A stretch of DNA of 64,000 bases from an uncultured Candidatus Saccharibacteria bacterium (GTDB lineage Bacteria > Patescibacteriota > Minisyncoccia > Phycocordibacterales > UBA12088): assembly GCA_964567265.1 (NCBI GenBank), contig CAZMLK010000002.1, positions 2,996 through 66,995 on the forward strand. The letters are read 5' to 3'. The notes beneath the pieces are model-generated. The model was not told the origin of the DNA, did no database searches, and worked only from the letters and a program-made list of their open reading frames with translations. How positions within the stretch are numbered: position 1 is the stretch's first letter; every line of letters begins with the position of its first letter. A program made the position numbers and the translations under genes. This document shows, piece after piece, positions 28,632 through 39,116 of this stretch.

Positions 28632-30062
28632 TTAGTCCTTCCGCGCGAAGAGATTCTCTGGCTTCTTGTTTTCTTTCACGGCCGCGTTAATCTTTTCCGC
28701 CGTTTCAGGCATGATCGGGGTCAGCATGTAGGCGATCGTGGAGAGCTCGACCACAAGCTCCGTGATGATCCGCTTCCCTGAATCCCTGTCCGTCTTAATG
28801 AGCTGGAACGGCTTGGTTTCCGCGATCTTCTGGTCGAGCGCCTGGATACGATCCCAGACAACGTCAGCCGCTTTCTGCACATTGAATGCTTCAAGCGCGT
28901 CCGCAAATTCTTTCGGGATAGCTTCGGCTACTGATACGGGTGCATCCAAATGCTCCTCCGCCATTTTCATGATACGGGACGTGAGATTGCCGAGGCCGTT
29001 CGCAAGGCTCGCATTATAGGCTTCCTTGAACGTTTCCCGTGTAATATCACCGTCATCGAATGGCGAAATATGGCGCGCGAGATAGTACCGCACCGCATCC
29101 GTTCCGTATTCAGAAATGAGTTCTTCAGGATCGATGACATTCCCGAGCGTCTTCGACATCTTCTTTCCTCCTGAAGTGATGAAGCCGTGGACAAGCAAGC
29201 TTTTTGGGAGCGGGAGGCCGGCAGAGAGGAGCATTGCCGGCCAGATCGCGGCATGGAACCGGAGGATGTCCTTGCCGATCACGTGCACGCCTGGCCAGAA
29301 TTCCTGATAGAGCGCGTCATCGGCGCGGCCGTAGCCGAGCGCCGTCACGTAGTTCGCGAGCGCATCACACCAGACGTACATGACCTGCGTGTCATCCCCC
29401 GGCACCGGGACGCCGAGCCCCTGCGGCCACTCTTTCCGGCGCGGCCGCGAGAAGCTGACATCCTCAAGGCCGGTCGAGATGAACGAGAGGATCTCATTCT
29501 TCCTCGATTCCGGGACGATCTGGATCTCATCGCTCTCGATCTTCTGTTTCAAGGCATCCGTGTACTTTGAAAGTCGGAAGAAATAGTTTTCCTCGCTCAG
29601 CTGTTCTGGAACCGTGCCGTGGTCGGGGCACTTTCCATCTACCAGATCCTTTTCGGTGATGAATGCTTCGTGGCCGACGCAGTAGAGTCCTTCATATTTT
29701 TTCTTGTAGAGGTCGCCGGCGGCTTCGAGCTTGGTCCAGAGAAGCTGCGCACCCGGCCAATGCTTTTCCTGGTCGGTGGTCCGGATGAATTGGTCGTATG
29801 AGATGTCGAGGGAGCCATAAAGGCTCGCGAAATTGGCGACGATCTCATCGAGAAAGACGAGCGGCTCTTTTCCCACCTTCTCCGCCGAATCAACCATCTT
29901 CTGAGTGTTCTCGTCGGAACCGGTGAGGAAATACGTCGAATCCCCTATCAGGCGATGATAGCGTGCGAGGATATCGGTGACCGTCGTCGTATACGCGTGG
30001 CCCAGGTGGAGCTTCGCGTTCGGATAGAAAATAGGCGTCGTGACGTAGAAAGTTTTTTTCAT
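28632..30062 (-). CDS. metG: methionyl-tRNA synthetase (short form, no C-terminal tRNA-binding domain)
   Basis: HIGH-type HLGH motif, KMSKT; 476 aa. Confidence 0.9.
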   Translation of the reverse strand: MKKTFYVTTPIFYPNAKLHLGHAYTTTVTDILARYHRLIGDSTYFLTGSDENTQKMVDSAEKVGKEPLVFLDEIVANFASLYGSLDISYDQFIRTTDQEKHWPGAQLLWTKLEAAGDLYKKKYEGLYCVGHEAFITEKDLVDGKCPDHGTVPEQLSEENYFFRLSKYTDALKQKIESDEIQIVPESRKNEILSFISTGLEDVSFSRPRRKEWPQGLGVPVPGDDTQVMYVWCDALANYVTALGYGRADDALYQEFWPGVHVIGKDILRFHAAIWPAMLLSAGLPLPKSLLVHGFITSGGKKMSKTLGNVIDPEELISEYGTDAVRYYLARHISPFDDGDITRETFKEAYNASLANGLGNLTSRIMKMAEEHLDAPVSVAEAIPKEFADALEAFNVQKAADVVWDRIQALDQKIAETKPFQLIKTDRDSGKRIITELVVELSTIAYMLTPIMPETAEKINAAVKENKKPENLFARKD

Positions 30063-30084
30063 GCTGGGAGAATGGTCCAGCGAT

Positions 30085-31167
30085 TTAAGCATCCTTTAGG
30101 GCTTTGCTCAAGGCGGCTCGGCTTTTCTTCACATCAGTGACGAGTTCCTGGACGACCGCCGCGACCGGGACCGCGAGGATGACGCCCATGAATCCGAAGA
30201 GTTCTGCCCCGATGACCAGGGAGAGGATCACGAGTATCGGCGGCACGCCGATGACCTTGCTGACCACGATCGGTGAGAGGAGGTGGCTTTCGAACTGCTG
30301 GATGACGATGTAGAAGATCACGACGACGATGCCGAGGGACAGGCCACCATCGACGAATGCGAGCCCGACCCCTGGAAGCGCTGCGAGGATCGGACCGAAG
30401 ACTGGGATCACCTCGAACATCGCGGCGATAACGCCAAGGAGGAGCGCGTACGGGACGCCGATGATGGTGAGCCCGAGATACACAAAGACGCCGAGGAGGA
30501 TCGCGAGCATCAGCTGGCCCTGCATCCAGAGCCCGATCTTCCGCTCGGAACGGTACCAGAGGTCGATGACATGCTCCTCGTATTTTCGGGGCGCCACGAG
30601 CCGGAGGAATTCCTCGATCCCCTTCTCCTGGACGGCGAAGTAGAACGAGAAGACGATCACGAGGACGAAGCTGAGGAGGCCGCCGAAGATCGCGGAAACC
30701 GTACGGAGGAATCCTTCAGGCGCGGTCGAGAACGAGCTCCGGAAGCTTGCGATCGCGTCGCGTGCAGACTGCGTTCCCGATTCGCCCCCGCCCTCGAAGA
30801 GCGGGATATTGATGAGCGGGTTCTGGTTGGTCTCGATGCTGTCGAGGAGGCTCGGGATACGCCCCAAGAACGCAGACATGTCGTCGAGGATGGGCGGCAC
30901 AAAGATGAACAGCGTCCCGAAGAACATGCCGAAGATCACGAGGTACACTGAGAGGACCGAGAGGACGCGCGGCACGCCTTTCGCGCGGAGCCAGAGGACG
31001 CCCGGCTCGAGCGAGGATGCGATCACGATCGAGGTCAGGAGGATGAGGACCAGCTGCTGGAGCGCGAAGAGCGCCGCGACGCCGAGCACGAGGAGAATCA
31101 CGCGGATAATCGTGCCGGTCGAGATGGTCACCGTGATGTTCTGTTCCCCTTTCGGTGCTACTGCCAT
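30085..31167 (-). CDS. AI-2E family transporter (PerM/YhhT-like, UPF0118)
   Basis: eight TM helices and family pattern; upstream ORF extension overlaps the glyQS terminator, so start set at MAVAPK. Confidence 0.75.
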   Translation of the reverse strand: MAVAPKGEQNITVTISTGTIIRVILLVLGVAALFALQQLVLILLTSIVIASSLEPGVLWLRAKGVPRVLSVLSVYLVIFGMFFGTLFIFVPPILDDMSAFLGRIPSLLDSIETNQNPLINIPLFEGGGESGTQSARDAIASFRSSFSTAPEGFLRTVSAIFGGLLSFVLVIVFSFYFAVQEKGIEEFLRLVAPRKYEEHVIDLWYRSERKIGLWMQGQLMLAILLGVFVYLGLTIIGVPYALLLGVIAAMFEVIPVFGPILAALPGVGLAFVDGGLSLGIVVVIFYIVIQQFESHLLSPIVVSKVIGVPPILVILSLVIGAELFGFMGVILAVPVAAVVQELVTDVKKSRAALSKALKDA

Positions 31168-31222
31168 TGCCTGTATCGTATCATTGAATAAACTATACAA
31201 GAAAAAAGATAGGGATTGGATG

Positions 31223-31263
31223 AAGACAGACCCTGGAAGCATTCGCTTCCAGGGTCTGTCTTC
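31223..31263 (-). terminator. terminator after glycyl-tRNA synthetase gene
   Basis: gaagacagaccctggaagc-attc-gcttccagggtctgtcttc. Confidence 0.65.
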
Positions 31264-31281
31264 ATATTTTGAAATTGAGAC

Positions 31282-32661
31282 TCATGAGCGGATGCGCGAC
31301 GCGAGCTCGGAAATGGAGATGCGTTCCTGCGCGCCCGTATCGCGGTCGCGGATGGTGACCGTGTCTTTTTGCGAAACGTCTTCCTCGCCGAGCGTGCCGA
31401 AGTCGACGGTGATGCAATATGGCGTGCCGATCTCGTCCTGGCGGCGGTAGCGTTTGCCGATGTTGCCGTTGTCGTCCCACATGACCTGCGGGGTTTCCTT
31501 CTTCAGCATCTGGTACACCTCGCGAGCCTTCGCAACCAATTCCGGCTTGTTCTTGAGAAGCGGGAAGACTGCAGCTTTCACGGGCGCGATGATTTTCGGG
31601 AATTTGAGATAGGTGCGCTTCTCCCCATTCATCTCGTCCTCGGTGTACGCGGACACGAGGACCGCGAGGATGGTGCGGTCGACGCCTAATGACGGCTCGA
31701 TAACATGCGCCAAGGTCGGCTCCTCTCCATCGGTATCGGAATATTTGAGGTTGGCCTTGCTTCCCTCTTCGTGGGCCTTGAGGTCATAGTCGGTGCGGTA
31801 CGCGAGCCCATAGAGCTCCTTCCGTCCGAATGGATAATCGAATTCAAAGTCGATGGTGCGCTTCGAATAGTGGGCCAAATCCTCTCCTTCAACTTCAAGT
31901 TCGTGGACATTTTCCTTTGGAAGTCCGATCTCAGCCGTCCAGTCCCACATGATCTGGCGCCATTCCTCGAATGCACGCTCCCAATCAGCAGGCTTCACGA
32001 AATACTCGACTTCCATTTGCTCGAGCTCCCGGAGCCGGAATATGAAATTGCGCGGCGCGATCTCGTTCCGGAATGCCTTGCCGATCTGGCCGATGCCGAA
32101 CGGGAACTTCGGATGGAAGGAATCGACGACATTCTTGAAGTTCACGAAGATGCCCTGCGCGGTCTCGCCGCGGAGATACGCGAGCGCGTTCGAATCGTTG
32201 ACCGCGCCCATGCCGACCGGAAACAGCATATTGAAAGTCTTCACGTCGCCGAGCGGATTACCATCCGGGCTCTTCACCCCCTTCTCCTTGATCGCGGCAT
32301 CCATCGCTTCGATGGTCATGCCCTTCGTGTCGACGCCCGCATCCTCGAGGAGATGATCCGCACGGTACGGCTTCTTGGTTTTCAAATCTTCGACGAGCGG
32401 ATCGGCGAAGGTGGAGGTGTGGCCGGATGCTTCCCATACTTTTGCAGGCATGAGGATCGCCGCGTCGAGGCCGTACATGTCATCGCGCTCCTGCACGAAG
32501 CGGCGCCACCACAGATCCTTGAGGTTGTTCTTGAGCTCGACGCCAAGCGGTCCATAGTCCCAGGTACCTGCGAGACCTCCGTAGATCTCGGATCCCTGGT
32601 AGACGAAGCCTCGCCGCTTGGCGAGGGAGATGATGTCTTCGAGTTTCTTTTCTGGTTGCAT
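31282..32661 (-). CDS. glyQS: glycyl-tRNA synthetase, alpha2 (archaeal/eukaryal-like) type
   Basis: LAKRRGFVYQGSEIYGGLAGTWDYGPLGVELKNNLKDLWW is GlyRS alpha2 signature; class II motifs; start at MQPEKK. Confidence 0.9.
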   Translation of the reverse strand: MQPEKKLEDIISLAKRRGFVYQGSEIYGGLAGTWDYGPLGVELKNNLKDLWWRRFVQERDDMYGLDAAILMPAKVWEASGHTSTFADPLVEDLKTKKPYRADHLLEDAGVDTKGMTIEAMDAAIKEKGVKSPDGNPLGDVKTFNMLFPVGMGAVNDSNALAYLRGETAQGIFVNFKNVVDSFHPKFPFGIGQIGKAFRNEIAPRNFIFRLRELEQMEVEYFVKPADWERAFEEWRQIMWDWTAEIGLPKENVHELEVEGEDLAHYSKRTIDFEFDYPFGRKELYGLAYRTDYDLKAHEEGSKANLKYSDTDGEEPTLAHVIEPSLGVDRTILAVLVSAYTEDEMNGEKRTYLKFPKIIAPVKAAVFPLLKNKPELVAKAREVYQMLKKETPQVMWDDNGNIGKRYRRQDEIGTPYCITVDFGTLGEEDVSQKDTVTIRDRDTGAQERISISELASRIRS

Positions 32662-32665
32662 GGGA

Positions 32666-34600
32666 TTACGGGACGACGAACTGATGGTATGGGATCGCTG
32701 ACATGCCGGGATCGGTCGTGAGGACGGTCGAGAGGAGCCGGGTCGTGAACGAGAGCGGCTTCGTGGTGTAGCGGTCAACGCCGGTGAATGTCGCTGCCGT
32801 GAGGATGGTCGGCGACTGCTTCACCTGGCTCAAGGAAGGCACCAGCGCCACCTGGAACGCGACTTCCTTCGGCTGCTTCTGGTAGCCTGCCTTCGCGGAG
32901 ATATTCCCCACATCCCACGTGATGAGACGGGAGACGGGATTGTATTCAACGTTCTCGCTGTCAGGACTCTTCGCCCCCACCCAGCGCATATACGTCGGGA
33001 GTGTAGCAGACACTTTTCCGTTTGTCACATCGTTCGCGCCGTTGGTGAGCGTCCAGATGACGGTGTAGGTCGTCTCCTGTTCCGCGCGCGGCGGCATGGG
33101 GCCCGTATTGGTGAACGGGCCGACCGAATAGACCGCGCGCGACACGAACTTGAGATCAGTCTGGACCTTCACATTCGCAACAACCGTCGATTCAATCACT
33201 TCCGGCACGCCGGTCTCGCCGAGACGGCGACCGCTGATGGTGATATCGAATCCGAGGCTCGGCTTGTCGATGAATGTATCCCCGATGCGGTCGAGCGGGA
33301 TGAGACGGAAGTTCGCGTTGATCGCCTCGCCTGGACGGAGGAGCGCGAGATCCGGGATATCCTCCCGCGTCCAGCGCACGGTATCGGTGAGCGAATCATA
33401 GAATCCGCGCGATGAGCTCACGCTCAGCTCGTTGAATGCGTTGCCATGGATCTTCACGTGGACTTCCGCATCCGTGATCTGGGACGGGAGATTGTTGATC
33501 CACGCAAGGTTGGCGGTGAACGCCTCGCCTGCGGGCGCGACGAATTCAGTGCCCTCGACACCGTTGACCGTGAGCTTCATCGTCACGAACGGCTTCGCGA
33601 TCTTGAGCGGCAGGACGATGGTGCCGAAGGTGGTGGCGAGCTCGCGGTCATCCTTCGGGCTCTCGACGCCGCCGATGAATCGGAAGACGCGTTCTTCGGT
33701 ATTCTGGCCGTAGACGCGCCCATGGAGCGTGATGCGCCGCTTCTCGCCCGGTTTCATGAGCCCGAGATGCCAGACATCGTTCCCGGAATCCGGCTTCGGT
33801 TCGGCACCCACGAAATTGAATCCGAATGGATACTCAGCCTTGATCATGGCGTCCTCGATCGCTGTCGGTGAGTTTGAGATCACGTCGAGCGTGAAGGTCG
33901 TCTCCTGACCATCAATGACTTCATCGAGGCCGCCGACCACGATCGAGAGCGGTGACGAGCTGATCAGCACTTCATAGGTTTCTTCCTTATAGAAAATAGC
34001 GTTCGAGCCGTCGATGCGGTATTCGAGTGTCATCTTGATCTTCTGCCCCTCGTTCTCCTTACCGAAGAGGACGGCGCGTACGGTCCGATTCACCCGCTCG
34101 CCTGGATTGATCGTACCGATGGTATCGCGCGTGCGCTGGAGGTCGAGGGTGAGGTTGTTCGCGGAGCGCGCGCCCGCGGGATACTCGACGATGAAATCGG
34201 CGAGCTTGATGGGCACGCTGTTCCGGTTCGCGATCGCGACCTGGAGCACCAGCTCCTGCCCGCCCGGCGTCGAGACCGGCCCGCTCACCTGGATATCGAT
34301 GTTGCTGTTCGAGATGAGATTGCCACCGCCGAAATAGAAGAACGCGGCGACGATGAGGCAGATCACGAAGAACACCACCGAGGAAAGCAAGACCAGGCCG
34401 CCGAAGGAGCGCTTCTGGAGTCCAGGGAAGAGCGCGGCAGGCGGAACGATTTCCTCGTCAGCCCCTTCCCATTCATGCTGCACATCCTCGCTTCCCGATC
34501 CCCAGCCGCGCATGGTCCGACGCCCGCGATGCTTTTGCAGGCCTTCGCGTGAATACAGCGCCGTCTTCAGGCGATCAATTGAACCCTTGGGTTCGTCCAT
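32666..34600 (-). CDS. large hypothetical membrane-anchored protein (644 aa) with repeated beta-rich domains
   Basis: N-terminal TM LVLLSSVVFFVICLIVAAFFYF then long extracytoplasmic region. Confidence 0.7.
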   Translation of the reverse strand: MDEPKGSIDRLKTALYSREGLQKHRGRRTMRGWGSGSEDVQHEWEGADEEIVPPAALFPGLQKRSFGGLVLLSSVVFFVICLIVAAFFYFGGGNLISNSNIDIQVSGPVSTPGGQELVLQVAIANRNSVPIKLADFIVEYPAGARSANNLTLDLQRTRDTIGTINPGERVNRTVRAVLFGKENEGQKIKMTLEYRIDGSNAIFYKEETYEVLISSSPLSIVVGGLDEVIDGQETTFTLDVISNSPTAIEDAMIKAEYPFGFNFVGAEPKPDSGNDVWHLGLMKPGEKRRITLHGRVYGQNTEERVFRFIGGVESPKDDRELATTFGTIVLPLKIAKPFVTMKLTVNGVEGTEFVAPAGEAFTANLAWINNLPSQITDAEVHVKIHGNAFNELSVSSSRGFYDSLTDTVRWTREDIPDLALLRPGEAINANFRLIPLDRIGDTFIDKPSLGFDITISGRRLGETGVPEVIESTVVANVKVQTDLKFVSRAVYSVGPFTNTGPMPPRAEQETTYTVIWTLTNGANDVTNGKVSATLPTYMRWVGAKSPDSENVEYNPVSRLITWDVGNISAKAGYQKQPKEVAFQVALVPSLSQVKQSPTILTAATFTGVDRYTTKPLSFTTRLLSTVLTTDPGMSAIPYHQFVVP

Positions 34601-34618
34601 AGGTACTTAGTATACACG

Positions 34619-35206
34619 CTACACGCGACTCGCCGCGAGCGCCTGATTCACGAACTCGAGCATTTCCTTCTGATCGGCCCGCATTTCCTCGAGAATCGCG
34701 CGGCCATATCCGCTGTCTGCGATGTACCGCGCGGTCTTCCCCTCCCCCGAGACATAGCCGAGCGCGTAGAGAAGGCGGAGCGCGGCCAGGACCTCGACTT
34801 CGACAAGAAAGGCGTCGGCTTCATTCGCAAGAAGCGTATCAAGGAGCTCGCGGAGCGACGCATAGGCATATGGATGCCGCTCCTCTCCATGGAGCCGGCG
34901 GATGAGCGCGGTGATGCGGAGAAGGAGTGCGCGCTTCGCACGCTCTTCCCTGAGGAGCGAGCTGTATGAGAGTCGCGGCACGGCGCCGGTAAGCCGCCAT
35001 GTATCCTTGCCGCGCACAAGCGCGACATCGGAGAGCATGTGGTTCTGGAGCGCGTAGCGGAGCTTGGAGCGTTCGACGCGGACGCTCCTGGCGACCGCGC
35101 GGACGACGCCGAGGTCGCTGGTGAAGAGCGTGATGAAACGGTTCGCTTCGCCGACGCCGACGCCTCCGAGCACGAACGCCTCCGTTTCATAGATACGGTG
35201 CGCCAT
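34619..35206 (-). CDS. recO: DNA repair protein RecO (short form)
   Basis: N-terminal OB-fold pattern ETEAFVL..GEA..ITLFT and C-terminal helical part; 195 aa, no Zn finger. Confidence 0.6.
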   Translation of the reverse strand: MAHRIYETEAFVLGGVGVGEANRFITLFTSDLGVVRAVARSVRVERSKLRYALQNHMLSDVALVRGKDTWRLTGAVPRLSYSSLLREERAKRALLLRITALIRRLHGEERHPYAYASLRELLDTLLANEADAFLVEVEVLAALRLLYALGYVSGEGKTARYIADSGYGRAILEEMRADQKEMLEFVNQALAASRV

Positions 35207-35212
35207 GACGGA

Positions 35213-38200
35213 TTACGGTATGAGCGCGTAGCGGATGGTGTGGCCGAAGAGATCGATCTGCGGGAGCTCTTCTTCGAGCGGGACTGTCGTGATTTCAGAA
35301 ACGCCCGCGACGCGTTCGAGCTCGCTCTGATGCTTCTTCAGGAATGCGTAGCCGGCGTCGGTGGTATCGACAAGGAGTCGCGCAGAATCACCCGGCGCCA
35401 TGCCGGAAAGCTTGCGCGTCTGCTGGAGGAGCCGGAGGAGATCACGCACGGCACCCTCCTCAAGGAGCTCGTTCGAGATCGTGGTATCGAGGAGGACGTC
35501 CTCCGCCTGGTCGCGGTTGATCTTCACCTCCTTCACGTTGAGCTCGTCCTTGATGAGATCGAGATACTCACTCTTTTCGATGAGGATCTCGCTCCGGATG
35601 GTGAGTTTGGGGAGCGGCTGGCGGATCTTGATGCCGCTCGCGGCGCGCGCTTCGAGCGCCTTCGACACGACCTCGCGGACCGCGCCCATCAGCATCAATG
35701 ATTCCTGGTCCGCGAGGCGGACCTCCGGCCACGATTCGAGGTGGACGCTCTCAAGCTTCCCTCCCGTACCCTGATAGATATTTTCGGCAATGAACGGCAT
35801 CAACGGCGCGATGTATTTTGAAAATTCGCGGAGCACGAGCGCGGTCGTCATGAGTGCATTGTCGCGGTCCCGCATGTCATCACCTTTGAAGCGGTCGCGT
35901 GATCGGCGCACGTACCACGTCGAGAAATCCTCGATGAAGGCGCGGATGGAACGGACCGCGCGGACCGTATCATAGAGATCGAGATAGTGTGTCACCTCCT
36001 GGCCCATCGAGGCGAGGCGCGCGAGGAGCCAGCGGTCGAGCACATGCGTGCTCGGCGCACCTCGGTCCGCGACGACTTCCTCCCCTTTCTGGAGCTCGTA
36101 GAATTTATACGCATTCCAAAGCATGCCGATGAGGCGGTTGTGCATCTCGCGAACCTCGTCATCATTAAAGCGGATATCCTCCGACTGCATGACGACGCTG
36201 CCCATGAGATAGGCTCTGAGCGCGTCGGCGCCGAAACGATCGAGGTTCGCCATCGGGTCAGTGTAGTTCCCCTTCGACTTCGACATCTTGGCCCCATCAG
36301 CTGCAAGGATGGTGCCGGTCGAGACGACCGAGCGGAAGCTCTGCTTGTCGAAGAGCTGGATGCCCATCACATGCATGTAGTAGAACCAGGTACGGGTCTG
36401 CGCGATGTATTCGGAGATGAAATCGCCGGGGAATCGCTTCTCGAAGCGGTCCTCATTCTCGAACGGATAGTGCTCGCTCGCGAACGGCATCGAACCGGAC
36501 TCGAGCCAGCAGTCCACGACTTCCGGGATGCGGACGAGCTGACTGCCGTCGTCATCAAGAAGCGGCACCGCGTCGATATACGGGCGATGGAGATCCGGCT
36601 CGAAGTTCGCCCGGTGCGGGTACGGGAAGAACGGGATCTCATGGCATTCCGCGTGCGCGACATTATCGCTGGTGCCTTCGTAGAGATTGAGGATCCCCTC
36701 GCTATCGAGGAATCGCGTGTAGCCGTCGATCATGAGGAGTGGCGAGCCATGCGAGATGATGAGGATATTCTTCCCCGCGTGCGTCCCTTCGAGATCAAAC
36801 AAACAGGCAAGCGAGCGAGCGCCGACCTCTGCGAGCGATTCGCCTCCCTCGGGCGCATGATACATGCGCTCGCGAAGCGAGCGCGCCCGGTATTCACTGA
36901 TCGGCTTCCCTTCGAAGACGCCGGCGCTGATCTCCCGAAGCCGGTCATCGACGATGACGGCAGCATCAGGAAGGCCGAGCACGGCGCGCACGATCTCGGC
37001 CGTCTGCCGCGTACGCATGAAGGGCGAAGTGATGATGAGATCGATCTTCTCGGGAAGAAGGGCTTCGGCTGATTTCTGCACCATCGCCTTCCCCGCCACC
37101 GTCAGCTCGTGCGGATTGTCTACGTTCGTGGACATGATCCCCGCGACATTGCTCTCCGCTTCTCCGTGGCGCATGCGGAAATAGCGGTTGCCGGATTTCT
37201 TGGCACGCGCGCGGAGTTCTTCGACCGAACCGATGACCACGACCTTCCCGGTCGCAGGATTCTTCCAGATCGGGAGTGGGCTCGCCCAGTAGCGATTGCG
37301 GGAAATGGTCCAGTCAGGTGCATTCTCCACGATGTTGCCGAACCGTCCATGCTTCAAGTGATCGGGCACCCAGTTGATGTTCTGATTGAGCTCAAGCATG
37401 CGATGCTTGATTTCCTGCACATTGATGAACCACGAGGAGATCGCGTTGTAGATGAGCGGCGTGCCGCAGCGGTAGCAATGCGGGTAGGAGTGCGTCCGTG
37501 GCGCTTTCGCAAAGAGGAGCGCACGCTCCGTGAGTTCAGCCTTGATGAAGGTCTCCGCGTCCTCGCCTTTCTGTACCGGGCAGACGCCGCGCGCGTGCCA
37601 CTTGAAATACTTGCCGATGACGAACGCCGGCGCATCTTCATTGAAGGTGCCGTTCGGGGTGAGGAGCTGCACTGCCGGGAGGTCTATCTTCTGTCCGAGC
37701 GCGTAGTCATCCTCGCCGTACATGACGGCGGTATGGACAATGCCCGTGCCTTCGGTGGTCGTCACGAAATCCGCAGCGGCGACATAGTGCGATTTCTTGC
37801 CGCTTCCCTCGATCTTCGGGATCACGTACAAGGGCTCGTACTCCATATTCAGGAGGTTCCGTCCGCTGTACTCTTTATTCTTCGTGTATGCCGATTCCCA
37901 ATCAGCGCCAAGCACCGCAGCCGCGAGCGCCGACGCGAGGATGTACACCTCCTTCGTCTCTTTCGATTCGAATTCTCCGTAGTCGATCGCAGACCCGACT
38001 GCAAGGGCGACATTGCCGGGAAGGGTCCACGGCGTCGTCGTCCACGCAAGGAGGAACGCGTTCTCGGGAAGATCATGGCTGTCTGGATTCTTGATCCGGA
38101 ACTTCACCGTCACCGCCTCTTCGGTCACGTCTTCGTAGGTATTGTCCATGGCGATCTCGGCCTTCGCGAGCGGCGTCTCGTCGTGGACGCAGTACATGAG

Positions 38201-38764
38201 AACCTTTCGTCCTTCGTAGAGGCGGCCCTTGTCGCTGATCTTCTTGAGGCCCCACCACACGCTCTCGATATACGAGTTGTCCATCGTCTTGTAGGAATGG
38301 TCGAAATCGACGAAACGACCGACGCGGTCGATGTACTGCTTCCAGTCGGCAACGAATTCGAGCACGACGGAACGCGCCGCCTCGTTGAACGCCTCGACGC
38401 CCATGGCTTCGATTGCCTTCTTGGTCTTGAGCCCGAGCTTCTTCTCGATGATGCTCTCTATCGGGAGGCCGTGGCAGTCCCAGCCCCAGCGCCGGTCCAC
38501 ATGGAAGCCGTGCATGGTCTTGTAGCGCGGGATCACATCCTTGATGATTGAGGGGAGGAGGCTTCCATAGTGCGGAAGTCCGGTCGCGAACGGCGGCCCG
38601 TCATAGAAAACGAATTCACCTTTCGGGGATTCCTTCGCGAGCGTCTTCGCGAAGATGTCCTTCTCTTTCCAGTAGGACAAGACCGCTTCCTCTCGCAGGG
38701 CGGTCTCGCTTTTTACCGGTCCAGCGTCGGGAACGGCACTCTGTGGGGTGTTTTCTTCTGCCAT
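35213..38764 (-). CDS. ileS: isoleucyl-tRNA synthetase, type 2, with an inserted histidine-phosphatase (PGAM-like) domain
   Basis: PHYG (HIGH), CP1 editing WTTTPWTLPGN, KMSKSKGN; residues ~526-720 carry RHGEAESN...SPFMRTRQTAE...ISHGSPL; start at MAEENT (ATG 38764). Confidence 0.9.
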   Translation of the reverse strand: MAEENTPQSAVPDAGPVKSETALREEAVLSYWKEKDIFAKTLAKESPKGEFVFYDGPPFATGLPHYGSLLPSIIKDVIPRYKTMHGFHVDRRWGWDCHGLPIESIIEKKLGLKTKKAIEAMGVEAFNEAARSVVLEFVADWKQYIDRVGRFVDFDHSYKTMDNSYIESVWWGLKKISDKGRLYEGRKVLMYCVHDETPLAKAEIAMDNTYEDVTEEAVTVKFRIKNPDSHDLPENAFLLAWTTTPWTLPGNVALAVGSAIDYGEFESKETKEVYILASALAAAVLGADWESAYTKNKEYSGRNLLNMEYEPLYVIPKIEGSGKKSHYVAAADFVTTTEGTGIVHTAVMYGEDDYALGQKIDLPAVQLLTPNGTFNEDAPAFVIGKYFKWHARGVCPVQKGEDAETFIKAELTERALLFAKAPRTHSYPHCYRCGTPLIYNAISSWFINVQEIKHRMLELNQNINWVPDHLKHGRFGNIVENAPDWTISRNRYWASPLPIWKNPATGKVVVIGSVEELRARAKKSGNRYFRMRHGEAESNVAGIMSTNVDNPHELTVAGKAMVQKSAEALLPEKIDLIITSPFMRTRQTAEIVRAVLGLPDAAVIVDDRLREISAGVFEGKPISEYRARSLRERMYHAPEGGESLAEVGARSLACLFDLEGTHAGKNILIISHGSPLLMIDGYTRFLDSEGILNLYEGTSDNVAHAECHEIPFFPYPHRANFEPDLHRPYIDAVPLLDDDGSQLVRIPEVVDCWLESGSMPFASEHYPFENEDRFEKRFPGDFISEYIAQTRTWFYYMHVMGIQLFDKQSFRSVVSTGTILAADGAKMSKSKGNYTDPMANLDRFGADALRAYLMGSVVMQSEDIRFNDDEVREMHNRLIGMLWNAYKFYELQKGEEVVADRGAPSTHVLDRWLLARLASMGQEVTHYLDLYDTVRAVRSIRAFIEDFSTWYVRRSRDRFKGDDMRDRDNALMTTALVLREFSKYIAPLMPFIAENIYQGTGGKLESVHLESWPEVRLADQESLMLMGAVREVVSKALEARAASGIKIRQPLPKLTIRSEILIEKSEYLDLIKDELNVKEVKINRDQAEDVLLDTTISNELLEEGAVRDLLRLLQQTRKLSGMAPGDSARLLVDTTDAGYAFLKKHQSELERVAGVSEITTVPLEEELPQIDLFGHTIRYALIP

Positions 38765-38858
38765 AGGGAAAATCGCTTCAAATATAGCATAAAATGAGCG
38801 CTCTAAAAGCGGAATGGCGGCCCTCACCAAGGTGAGGGCCGCCATGAAAGGCGCGACG

Positions 38859-39116
38859 TCAGGCGGCCAGCAATAGGTCGCCAAATGATGCATGATGCTC
38901 GAATGGATCATCGAGCTCAAGCTCGATACATTTCTCTGGAGGAAAGTCGAGCAGAAAACCAAAAATCCCTAGGGGTTCCATGGTGTAGTATTCGGGGATT
39001 TCGACCGGCAGGCCATTGCACAATACGGCTCTCGGGAATCCGAGATTGCCCATAATTTTGAAAAGAGCCGGGCCACGCTCGTCGGGTTCGCGCGGAAGCT
39101 CGTATTTTACAAGCAC
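38859..39116 (-). CDS. possible small hypothetical protein (85 aa) between argS and ileS
   Basis: ORF in ~470-nt gap; moderate coding look; no homolog recognised. Confidence 0.3.
   Translation of the reverse strand: MLVKYELPREPDERGPALFKIMGNLGFPRAVLCNGLPVEIPEYYTMEPLGIFGFLLDFPPEKCIELELDDPFEHHASFGDLLLAA

Noticed and set aside
36605-37189. Intein as explanation for the IleRS insert
   Set aside because: The insert has no Cys/Ser at the N-terminal junction, no C-terminal HN, and no homing-endonuclease blocks. Instead it carries the RHGE / SHG histidine-phosphatase motifs.
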